From Actinomycetota bacterium (GTDB lineage Bacteria > Actinomycetota > Acidimicrobiia > IMCC26256 > PALSA-555), in assembly GCA_003140175.1 (NCBI GenBank), contig PLJD01000015.1, positions 9,963 to 73,962 on the forward strand: a stretch of 64,000 nucleotides of DNA. Reading direction: 5' to 3'. Below the pieces are notes generated by a model, which was given only the letters and a program-made list of their open reading frames with translations, was not told the origin of the DNA and searched no databases. The position numbers were made by a program, and so were the translations under genes. The stretch's first letter is position 1. Each line of letters starts with the position of its first letter. Positions 53,417-61,687 of this stretch are shown piece after piece.

Positions 53417-53687
53417 CAGCGCAGTTCCGGGCGATGCCGCCGGGGAGTCGACGCCCGACCGGTCGGCGGCGGTGGAGTCGCCCGTCGACTCGGCGCGCTC
53501 GCGCCGCGTCGCTGAACCCCGCACGCTCGTAGCGCCATCACGTCACCCCCCTGGGCCCGGGCCGGTGGGGATCCGACCGGCCAGCGCGGCCTCGAGCCGC
53601 GCCAGACTACGGGACGCGTCGGCTCCCCGTCAGCCTCGACCGTCGTGTTGCGGGCGTAGCGTCGCCACGGTGGACGTGACACGCGCG

Positions 53688-54812
53688 ATGACGGAGCACG
53701 GCCATGAGCAGGTGGTCCTCGTCGCCGACGCCGCCTCGGGCCTGCGAGCGGTCATCGCGATCCACTCGACCGCGCTCGGCCCGGCGCTGGGCGGGATCCG
53801 GTTCTGGCGGTATGCGTGCGACGAAGACGCGCTGCGCGACGCGCTCGCGCTCTCCGAGGCGATGACGTGGAAGGCGGCGCTCGCCGGGCTCGATCAGGGC
53901 GGCGGGAAGGCGGTCGTGCTCGTCGCCGACCCGGACGCGCCGCACCCCGCCGACCTGCTGGCCGCGTTGGGTCGCGCCGTCGACGAGCTCGGTGGCCGGT
54001 ACCTCGCCGCCGAGGACGTGGGAGCCACGACGGCGGACATGGACGCGATCGCCGCCGTGACACCCTGGGTCACGGGCGTGCACGAGGCAGCCGGCGGCTC
54101 GGGTGACCCGTCACCGGTCACGGCGTGGGGTGTGCTGCACAGCATGCGGGCCGCGCTGCGGGCCCTGGACGGACCAGAGGCGATGCTCGCCGGCCGGCGG
54201 GTCGCGATCCAGGGCGCGGGCAAGGTGGGCGGGCATCTGGCCGACCTGCTCGTCGACGCGGGCGCCCGGGTGGTGGTCGCCGACTCGCACGGCGGGCGGG
54301 CTGCACGCGTCGCGGCCCGGGTCGGAGGAGACCACGTCGGGGTGGACGCGATCCTGGAGCAGGACTGTGACCTGCTGGCGCCGTGCGCGCTCGGCGGGGT
54401 GCTCGACGCTGACACCGTTCCCCGCCTGGCCTGCCGGGCGGTGTGCGGTGCCGCGAACAACCAGCTCGCCGGTCGGGGTGTCGACGAGCTCCTCGCCCGA
54501 CGCGGCATCCTCCACGTGCCGGACTTCGTCGCCGGCGCCGGAGGGATCATCAATCTCGCCGAGGAGTTCCACGGCTACTCACGGCCGCGGGCGCTGGCCC
54601 GCGCCGCGGGCATCGAGCAGACCACGGCGGCGGTGCTCGAGCGGTCCCGCGTCGAGGGCGCGACGCCCGAGCGGGTCGCGCGCGCGTTGGCGCGTGAACG
54701 CGTCGCCCGCGAGGGGGCCGGCCGGCGTTGGCGGCCCGGCGATCCCGCGGGATGGACGAACGGTTCGCCGCTGCGAAGCCTGCGACCAGCCGGTACCGTG
54801 ATCGGGCGATGA
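53688..54812 (+). CDS. Glu/Leu/Phe/Val dehydrogenase family (Leu/Val dehydrogenase-like)
   Basis: Starts at MTEHGHEQVV (ATG 53688). GPALGGIRF, GGGKAV (catalytic Lys), and Rossmann IQGAGKVGGHLA. Confidence 0.85.
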   Translation: MTEHGHEQVVLVADAASGLRAVIAIHSTALGPALGGIRFWRYACDEDALRDALALSEAMTWKAALAGLDQGGGKAVVLVADPDAPHPADLLAALGRAVDELGGRYLAAEDVGATTADMDAIAAVTPWVTGVHEAAGGSGDPSPVTAWGVLHSMRAALRALDGPEAMLAGRRVAIQGAGKVGGHLADLLVDAGARVVVADSHGGRAARVAARVGGDHVGVDAILEQDCDLLAPCALGGVLDADTVPRLACRAVCGAANNQLAGRGVDELLARRGILHVPDFVAGAGGIINLAEEFHGYSRPRALARAAGIEQTTAAVLERSRVEGATPERVARALARERVAREGAGRRWRPGDPAGWTNGSPLRSLRPAGTVIGR

Positions 54813-55618
54813 CGACGCTCGTCCCCGACCTCGAACACCAGGTGGCTGACGTGGTCGCCCGCCTCGACGAGGCGGGCTACGCGATCATCGAGGGTGTCTT
54901 GACCCGCGACGACGCCCGCACCATCGGGGTTGAGCTGCGACGGCTCCTCGACGGCGTCCCCGGCGGCCGGAACCCGTTCGAGGGCTACCGCACCCGCCGG
55001 CTCTACGCCCTCTTCGCCAAGACCCGGGTGCTGGACCCGCTCGCCCTCGACCCGCTGGTGCTCGGCGCGCTCGCCGCGGTGCTCGGTCCCCACTTCCAGC
55101 TCAGCGGCCCGACCGGCATCGAGATCGGTCCCGGCGAGGCGGAACAGATCCTGCACCGCGACGAAGACATCTACCCGGTGCCGCGGCCCCACCCGCAGCT
55201 GGTCGCCAACGTGATGTGGGCCTTCGACGACTTCACGGTGGCGAACGGAGCCACCCGCCTCGTCGCGGGCAGCCACCGCACCGTCGACGCGCCCCCGCCC
55301 GACGCGCCGATGACGTTCGCCGAGATGCCGGCCGGCTCGGTCATGCTCTACCTCGGGTCGCTTTGGCACGGCGGCGGCGCGAACCGCACCGACCAGTCGC
55401 GTCTCGGCGTGGCGATCGAGTACTGCGCGAGCTGGCTACGACCCCAAGAAACCCACTTGCTCGCGGTCCTGCCCGACCAGGCGCGCACCCTCGCGCCACG
55501 CCTCCGCGAGCTGCTCGGCTACAACGTGTACCCGCCGTTCCTCGGCTACGTCGACGGACGCCACCCCGAGCGCATCCTCGAGCCCGACGCGCCGCAGCCC
55601 CCACACCGGTCCGCCTGA
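54809..55618 (+). CDS. phytanoyl-CoA dioxygenase (PhyH) family Fe(II)/2-oxoglutarate oxygenase
   Basis: The start MTTLVPD overlaps the dehydrogenase stop (ATGA). HxD in LHRDED, and the distal His in LWHGGG. Confidence 0.78.
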   Translation: MTTLVPDLEHQVADVVARLDEAGYAIIEGVLTRDDARTIGVELRRLLDGVPGGRNPFEGYRTRRLYALFAKTRVLDPLALDPLVLGALAAVLGPHFQLSGPTGIEIGPGEAEQILHRDEDIYPVPRPHPQLVANVMWAFDDFTVANGATRLVAGSHRTVDAPPPDAPMTFAEMPAGSVMLYLGSLWHGGGANRTDQSRLGVAIEYCASWLRPQETHLLAVLPDQARTLAPRLRELLGYNVYPPFLGYVDGRHPERILEPDAPQPPHRSA

Positions 55619-55653
55619 CTGGACGCCCCGCGGCGCCCAGCCCGGCGACGCGC

Positions 55654-56136
55654 TCATTTGGGCAGCTGGTCGCCGCCCCGCTTGATCCACTGCCAGCCCT
55701 GCCCGGGTGCCACGCCGAGCGCGTTCAGCGCCGCCTGCGCGAACGCGACGAGTGCCTCCGGCGAGGTGTCCTTCGGGAAGTCCAGCTTGTAGTTGGGGCC
55801 GCTGATCTCGCCGCTCGGCGCGTCGATGAGCGCCCCCCGCACGGCCGCCTCCACGCCGGACGGATCCGTGCCCTTCTTCGGGATGACCCACACCGGGATC
55901 GCCTTGCCCTTGCGGTTGGCGATGGCCACCCGGGGGATCGCGTCGAGATCCATGCGAGTCGAGGCCTTCGCCCGCGCCATCCCGAGGTAGCGCTTGTCCG
56001 CGACCGCGGTCGGGCGGATCTCCATACCCTCACGAATGAGTTTCTTTCCCAGCACGTGGTCCTTGAGGAAGGTGACCGCCTCCGAGGGATCATCGACATA
56101 CACGCCATCAATCGGCATCGCTGCCGCCCCTTTCAT
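55654..56136 (-). CDS. hypothetical protein, unrecognised family
   Basis: Clean 160-aa ORF with a Lys-containing, balanced composition (MPIDGVYVDDPSEAVTFLKDHVLGKKLIREG...). It fits tightly between flanking genes. An alternative start is at MPIDG (56118). Confidence 0.5.
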   Translation of the reverse strand: MKGAAAMPIDGVYVDDPSEAVTFLKDHVLGKKLIREGMEIRPTAVADKRYLGMARAKASTRMDLDAIPRVAIANRKGKAIPVWVIPKKGTDPSGVEAAVRGALIDAPSGEISGPNYKLDFPKDTSPEALVAFAQAALNALGVAPGQGWQWIKRGGDQLPK

Positions 56137-56160
56137 CGTGAGTCATCGTGACTGCGAGGC

Positions 56161-56652
56161 TCAGACCTGGTCCGAGCCCCCGAACCAGAACACAAAGACG
56201 ATCTGCGCGACGCACGCCGGCCGATCGCCCCCCTCGATCTCGAACTCGAGGTCGAGGGTCACGCGGACCGCATCATCGCCGAGCGGCGTGGCGTCGGCCA
56301 GCCCAGCATGCAGCCGAACCCGGCTTCCCACCGTCACCGGGGCCGGGTAGCGGACCTTGTTCGCCCCGTAGTCGGCCCCGTTCACGACGTTGCGGAGCTC
56401 CCAGAGATCCTCGAGCAGCATGGTCGCCATCGCCAGGATCTGGATGCCGAAGGCGATCGTCGTGCCGAAGGGGGTGTGGGACGCGAACTCCGGGTCGGTG
56501 TGGATCGGCGCCCGGTTGCCGGTGCCCTCGGCGAAGTGGTCGACCTCGGCCTGGCTGACCGTATGCCAGTTGCCCGTGCCCAACGACGAGCCGGCCCGCT
56601 CGACCAGGTCCGACGGGCGCGCGATGACGATCGACACGCCCCATGCTGGCAC
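56161..56652 (-). CDS. MaoC-like (R)-specific enoyl-CoA hydratase, hotdog fold
   Basis: FAEGTGNRAPIHTDPEFA hydratase-2-type motif. Confidence 0.8.
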   Translation of the reverse strand: MPAWGVSIVIARPSDLVERAGSSLGTGNWHTVSQAEVDHFAEGTGNRAPIHTDPEFASHTPFGTTIAFGIQILAMATMLLEDLWELRNVVNGADYGANKVRYPAPVTVGSRVRLHAGLADATPLGDDAVRVTLDLEFEIEGGDRPACVAQIVFVFWFGGSDQV

Positions 56653-56724
56653 AGGGGCCGGTTCGGCGGACGCGACGCGGCGGCAGTCCCGACGCGGTGT
56701 GAGCGGCCGGGGTTGCTGCGGCCC

Positions 56725-57645
56725 TCAGCGCGGCGTCGAGTTCGACGACGCGTGGGCGCGTTGCCATGGCGTCATGTCGAGGCCGGGATAGCGGGCGGCG
56801 ACGCCCGCGAGGGTCTCGTCGGTCCAGTAGGAGTTCCCCGGCTTCGGGAACCCGAGTACGCCGAGCTGACGGGGTGTGGCTTGCGCGACGAACTTCGCCC
56901 ACTCGGGTGAGAAGCCCTTGAACGGCCAGGCTTGGTATCCGCCCCACTCGGCGCCTGCCGGTCGGTAGGAGACGTGCATCATGAACCGAGACGCACCGGG
57001 ATCGGTCAGGTCCACCGACCGGTGGTACACGTCGGGACGGTACGCGACGATCGACCCGGCCGGCGCGGCGGCGTTTCCCGGATCGTCGTACAGGTCCGCG
57101 TAGTCCCGCAGGTTCAACGTGTGCTCCTCCACCGGGACGCCCGCCGTCTTGCGCCGTGAAACCAGGCGCGTCGCGCCGTCCTGGATCGTCACGTCGCTGA
57201 GATAGATGAACGTCTCGAGGTGCTGGTATCCGACGTCTCGGCGCGGCACGACGAGCATGTGGTTGGGGTAGTCGGCGTGGAGGAGCTGGTTGTAGCCCGA
57301 CGACTGCCCGAAGTACTTGGCGGTGACCAGCGCGAGATACATCCGCACGTCATCGACGCCGAGCAGCTCCTCGGCGAGCCCGATGACGATGTCGTGGACC
57401 GCGAGCTTGTTGAGCGACGAGCTGTGAAACGGGAACTCGGGCCACTGCGCGTCCCAGGTCTGCCACCTCGTGTTGCCCTCGTCGTCGGGCGTCGACGCCA
57501 TCTGCCCGGCCGTCGGAAACAAGCGCGTAAGCACCCGCTGCGCCGCGGCGAGATCCTCCGCCGGGATCGCCCGCTCGATCACGCACCAGCCGTCGTCGTC
57601 CCAAGCGGCCCGGAGCTCGGGAGCCAGCACCGCGTCGCCCACCAT
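56725..57645 (-). CDS. phytanoyl-CoA dioxygenase (PhyH) family protein
   Basis: HxD in LLHADYPNH and the distal YHRSV. General PhyH layout. Confidence 0.7.
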   Translation of the reverse strand: MVGDAVLAPELRAAWDDDGWCVIERAIPAEDLAAAQRVLTRLFPTAGQMASTPDDEGNTRWQTWDAQWPEFPFHSSSLNKLAVHDIVIGLAEELLGVDDVRMYLALVTAKYFGQSSGYNQLLHADYPNHMLVVPRRDVGYQHLETFIYLSDVTIQDGATRLVSRRKTAGVPVEEHTLNLRDYADLYDDPGNAAAPAGSIVAYRPDVYHRSVDLTDPGASRFMMHVSYRPAGAEWGGYQAWPFKGFSPEWAKFVAQATPRQLGVLGFPKPGNSYWTDETLAGVAARYPGLDMTPWQRAHASSNSTPR

Positions 57646-57657
57646 CGCCCCCGGCCG

Positions 57658-58095
57658 TCAGTCGACCGGGTCGAACACCACGACCGGAATCTGGCGCTCG
57701 GTCTTGGTCTGGTAGCCGTCGTACGCCGGCCATGCTGCGGTGGCGTACGCCCACCATTCCTGACGTTCCTTGTCGCGGGCCGTCCGCGCCCGCATCTCCA
57801 TGACCTGCCCGCCGTCTTGCAGCGTGACGTTCGGATCGGCGAGCAGGTTGAGGTACCACACCGGGTGTTTGGGCGCGCCACCCATCGACGCGACCACGGC
57901 GTAGCGACCGTCGTGCTCGACGCGCATCAGCGCCGACTTGCGGAGCCGGCCCGACTTGCGTCCCCGCGTGGTCAGGATCACGACCGCCTGACCCTCGAGG
58001 GTGCCACCCTCGGTGCCGCCGGTGCGCTCGTAGAGCTCAACTTGGTCCGCAACCCAATCCCACGGGCTCGGCTCGTAGTCGCCGTCGAGCGCCAT
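57658..58095 (-). CDS. deazaflavin (F420H2)-dependent nitroreductase family (DDN-like)
   Basis: TTRGRKSGRLRKSALM and GGAPKHPVWYLNLLADP signature blocks. Confidence 0.85.
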   Translation of the reverse strand: MALDGDYEPSPWDWVADQVELYERTGGTEGGTLEGQAVVILTTRGRKSGRLRKSALMRVEHDGRYAVVASMGGAPKHPVWYLNLLADPNVTLQDGGQVMEMRARTARDKERQEWWAYATAAWPAYDGYQTKTERQIPVVVFDPVD

Positions 58096-58208
58096 CTCGT
58101 CTCCCTCCGTGTTGGTCCCGGCCGCGCGGGGTGGCCCGGCGGCCGGGGGGTCGCTTGAGATTCTGGCGGTTGGCGGCGGGCGAGTCGACCGGGTCGGTGC
58201 GACCCGGA

Positions 58209-58610
58209 TCAGGCGCTGTCGGGCACCGCCGCGTCGCGCTCGTCAGCCAGGCGCCGCCCGGCCATCAGCCCGGCGGCGGCGGTCGCGGCGGCGACCACTC
58301 CCAGGAGCCGAGCCCGGACCGGGAGCTTTGGGGTGACGAGGAGCACCACGGCGTCGATCCCGTCCACGAGCGCCCCCATGCTCACCCACTCGGCATCCTG
58401 GGTCCGCTCGTGCAGGCAGGTGAGGGTCCCGACCCCGAGTGCCAGGTCCCGACCGCCGGTCAGCCGCATCGCCGCGCCAGCGGCGGCGCCATCTCTCCCC
58501 ACCGCGAGACGCACGAGCGGCCTGCCCGCGAGCAGCATCGCCGCGCCCGCTCCGACCCGGGCCCGGGCGATGACCAGCGCCACGCGGCGGTGCGAGTCGG
58601 TCACGGGCAC
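58209..58610 (-). CDS. hypothetical small membrane protein
   Basis: Part of ORF 58209..58829 from GTG 58610. Ala/Leu/Gly-rich with several hydrophobic stretches. It fills an otherwise ~700-nt gap. Weak support. Confidence 0.35.
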   Translation of the reverse strand: MPVTDSHRRVALVIARARVGAGAAMLLAGRPLVRLAVGRDGAAAGAAMRLTGGRDLALGVGTLTCLHERTQDAEWVSMGALVDGIDAVVLLVTPKLPVRARLLGVVAAATAAAGLMAGRRLADERDAAVPDSA

Positions 58611-58791
58611 GCCGCCTCCCGCCTGCTGATGCTGCACATCGGCCCATCCTCGCGCCCCCCTGGCACCCCCACCGTGCCGCGGGCGGCTCGGGAGTCGCCT
58701 ACAAAGGACGTGTGCAGTCAACCCCACGCCCCGGCGCCTCGGGGCTCGACCCCGCCGGGCGAGCCGGCCGGCGGGGCGGGAACCAGCGGTC

Positions 58792-59967
58792 GTGACGATC
58801 CTTCGCGTCGACCCCGAGGAGCTCGTCACCTGCGTCGCCTGCGGGTTGTGCCTGCCGCACTGCCCGACCTACCGGGTCACCGGCGACGAATCGGCGTCTC
58901 CGCGCGGTCGTATCGCCGCCATGCGGGCCGTCCAATCCGGCGACGCCGACCTGCGCGGCGAATTCACCCGCTACATGGACGAGTGCGTCCAGTGCCGAGC
59001 GTGCGAGGTGGCCTGCCCGTCGTCGGTGCCCTTCGGGCACCTCATGGAGGGGACGCGAGCGACCCTCGCCGCCGAGACGTCGTACGTCTCCTGGTGGCAG
59101 CGCCTCGCCTACCGCACCCTCGGTCATCACCGCGTCCTCCTCGGCCTCTCCCGAGGCCTGGCCCTCGCCCAGCGCGCCCATCTCGTGCCGACCCGCGTCT
59201 CGCTCCCCAAGCTCCCGCTCCACGCCCGACCGCTGCGCAGCACCGGCGACGACGCGTGGCTCTTCACCGGATGCGTCATGGACGCCTGGCAACGCGACGT
59301 CCACGCGGCCGTCATACGGGTCCTCGGCGCGGCGGGCGTCGGCGTCGCGCTGCCCGACTCCCGCCGAGCCGGCTGCTGCGGCGCGTTGCACGTCCACGCC
59401 GGACTCCACGACGACGCGGCGGCCTTGGCGCGGCGTGTCCTCGACGCCTTCCCCGGAGACGCCCCGATCCTCGTCGACTCCGCGGGCTGCGGCGCCGCGC
59501 TCCAGGACTACGGCCGGCTCCTCGGGACCGACGAAGCAGCGGCGTTCGCCCACCGCGTCCACGACGTGCACGAATGGCTCGCCGAGCGGCTCGACGACCT
59601 CCCCGCCCCACCCCACCGACCGGACCCCGACGCGCCCGTCGCCGTGCACGACCCCTGCCACCTGCGCAACGTGCAGCGGACCCACGGCGCGGTCCGAACC
59701 GTCCTCGAACGCTACGTCGAGCTCCGCGAGCTCGACGACGAGGGACTCTGCTGTGGTGCCGGCGGCGCGTACGCTGCGCTCCACCCGACACTGGCCAACC
59801 AGATCCGCCAGCGAAAGCTCGACGCGATCACCCGCACTGGTGCGGCGACCGTTGCGAGCGCCAACCCAGGCTGCACGCTCCACCTCGCCGCGGCCGGTGT
59901 CGACGTTCGTCATCCCCTCGAGATCGTCGACGCGGCCCTGCACCCCCACGCGAGCCATCCCGCGTGA
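58792..59967 (+). CDS. (Fe-S)-binding CCG-domain oxidoreductase subunit (GlcF / heterodisulfide-reductase-related)
   Basis: Two 4Fe-4S motifs, CVACGLCLPHCP and CVQCRACEVACP. CCG motifs GCCGALH and LCCGAGG. Confidence 0.8.
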   Translation: MTILRVDPEELVTCVACGLCLPHCPTYRVTGDESASPRGRIAAMRAVQSGDADLRGEFTRYMDECVQCRACEVACPSSVPFGHLMEGTRATLAAETSYVSWWQRLAYRTLGHHRVLLGLSRGLALAQRAHLVPTRVSLPKLPLHARPLRSTGDDAWLFTGCVMDAWQRDVHAAVIRVLGAAGVGVALPDSRRAGCCGALHVHAGLHDDAAALARRVLDAFPGDAPILVDSAGCGAALQDYGRLLGTDEAAAFAHRVHDVHEWLAERLDDLPAPPHRPDPDAPVAVHDPCHLRNVQRTHGAVRTVLERYVELRELDDEGLCCGAGGAYAALHPTLANQIRQRKLDAITRTGAATVASANPGCTLHLAAAGVDVRHPLEIVDAALHPHASHPA

Positions 59968-60012
59968 CCGCGCCCCACGATCCAACCCTGCCCGACCCTG
60001 CGGAGGCCCTCC

Positions 60013-60774
60013 ATGGCTGAACTGTCCCTGATCGGCAAGCGAGCGCTCGTGACCGGCGCCTCGCGCGGGATCGGACGGGCCATCGCGGCCGAGTTCGCCG
60101 CGGCCGGTGCCGACGTCATGCTCTCCTCGCGCAAGGCCGACGCGCTCGAAGAAGCCGCCGCGTCGATGCACGGCGGACGGGTCGAGACGTTCGCCGCGAA
60201 CGCCGGGGACCCCGACCAGGCCGAGGCGTGCGTCCTCGCCACCGTCGAGCGCCTCGGAGGCCTCGACATCCTCGTGAACAACGCGGCGACGAACCCATAC
60301 ATGGGTCCAAGCCTCGACGTCGACCTGAGCCGGTACGACAAGACCTTCCAGGTCAACCTGCGCGGGCCACTCGTGTGGACCCAGGCCGCGTGGCGAGCGT
60401 CGTTGCGCGACCACGGCGGGGTGGTCCTCAACGTGGCCTCGGTCGGCGGCATTCGCAGCGAAGCCGCCATCGGCATCTACAACACGACGAAGGCTGCGCT
60501 CATCCATCTCACCAAGACCTTGGCCGCCGAGCTCGCCCCCGGGGTCCGCGTCAACGCGCTCGCGCCCGGGCTGGTCAAGACCGACTTCGCCCGGGCTCTC
60601 TGGGAACCCGCCGAGGAGGTCGTCGCCGCCCACGTGCCGCTGCAGCGGCTCGGAGTCCCCGAGGACATCGCACACGCGGCGCTGTTCCTCGCCAGCGACT
60701 TTGCGTCCTGGATCACCGGCGACACCCTCGTGGTGGACGGCGGCGCGCTGGTGCGCCCCAGCTTCCCGGGCTGA
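60013..60774 (+). CDS. SDR-family oxidoreductase
   Basis: VTGASRGIG, NNAA, and YNTTKAAL (YxxxK). Confidence 0.9.
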   Translation: MAELSLIGKRALVTGASRGIGRAIAAEFAAAGADVMLSSRKADALEEAAASMHGGRVETFAANAGDPDQAEACVLATVERLGGLDILVNNAATNPYMGPSLDVDLSRYDKTFQVNLRGPLVWTQAAWRASLRDHGGVVLNVASVGGIRSEAAIGIYNTTKAALIHLTKTLAAELAPGVRVNALAPGLVKTDFARALWEPAEEVVAAHVPLQRLGVPEDIAHAALFLASDFASWITGDTLVVDGGALVRPSFPG

Positions 60775-60858
60775 CTCGTCGCGCCCCGCGTCGCCGATCG
60801 CGCCCCCGTCCAGGAGCGCGCCGCCGGATCCGGCCACCACGAGGTCGGGGTTCGTGGG

Positions 60859-61539
60859 TTAACGCCCCCGGCGGACGCCGCCGGGCCGACGCCAGGGAGA
60901 GAGCGACGCCGGCACCCGCGCCGTCCTCGACTCGCGCTCGTCGGGCACCGGGCTTCCCGGAACCAGGGCCAGGGGCAGCACTCCCACCCACACGTCGAGG
61001 CCGCGGTCCTCGTCGCGGGGCGCCAACGGCGGCCCGGTGCGGACCTTCGCGGAGGCCTCGTCGATCGGTAGCTCCAACACCATCGTCTCGCGCAGCTCCG
61101 CCGCGCTCGGCGGCCGAGCCTCCGACGAGCGTCCCGGGACCACGTGCTCGACGACCCGAGTGAGCGCGGCAGCCGCCGCCGCGTCGCGCAACCGACGTGC
61201 GGTCCCGAGCACGACCACCGACCGATAGTTGACCGACTGGTTGACCTGGGCGTGCGCGAAGACGAGACCGTCGAGCAGCGTCACGGTGACGCACACCGAC
61301 ACGCCACCATCGAGTGCGCGGAGCAGCCGACTCGCCACCGAGCCGTGAAGGAACAGCCGGTCCCCGTCACGACCGAAGACCATCGGAAGCACGAACGGCT
61401 GACCGTCGACCGCCATACCAACGTGAGCGATCACCGCTTCGTCCAAAATGGCGTAGACCTGCTCCCGTTCGTAGGTCCCACGCTCGGGTTTGCGGCGCAG
61501 CGTCGTCGCTGCGGTCGGCACAAAGTCAGCTCGCGTCAT
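60859..61539 (-). CDS. pyridoxamine 5'-phosphate oxidase-like flavin/deazaflavin-binding split-barrel protein
   Basis: RRKPERGTYEREQVYAILDEAVIAHVG N-terminus, typical of the Pyridox_ox_2-type family. Confidence 0.78.
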   Translation of the reverse strand: MTRADFVPTAATTLRRKPERGTYEREQVYAILDEAVIAHVGMAVDGQPFVLPMVFGRDGDRLFLHGSVASRLLRALDGGVSVCVTVTLLDGLVFAHAQVNQSVNYRSVVVLGTARRLRDAAAAAALTRVVEHVVPGRSSEARPPSAAELRETMVLELPIDEASAKVRTGPPLAPRDEDRGLDVWVGVLPLALVPGSPVPDERESRTARVPASLSPWRRPGGVRRGR

Positions 61540-61687
61540 ACGCGCTCATCGTCGCACGTCACCGATACTCCGAAGGTGCGAATTTCGCCGCTCGACGGGT
61601 GGTGGGGCTCAGTCCGTCGTCGGACCCTCGGGCCGCCGCCGCGTCGCGCGTCACGGAAGCCAACGGCCGGCGTCATGAGCAAGAACC

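Noticed and set aside
50649-53515. ORFs 50649..53354 (-, 901 aa) and 51059..53515 (+, 818 aa)
   Set aside because: Both are low-complexity Arg/Gly/Pro translations. They overlap the response regulator, thiamine pyrophosphokinase and phospholipase C genes, which carry recognisable motifs in other frames.
58131-60840. ORFs 58131..60020 (+, 629 aa) and 58699..60840 (-, 713 aa)
   Set aside because: They are off-frame or antisense to the Fe-S CCG-domain gene and the SDR gene. Composition is typical of spurious high-GC ORFs.
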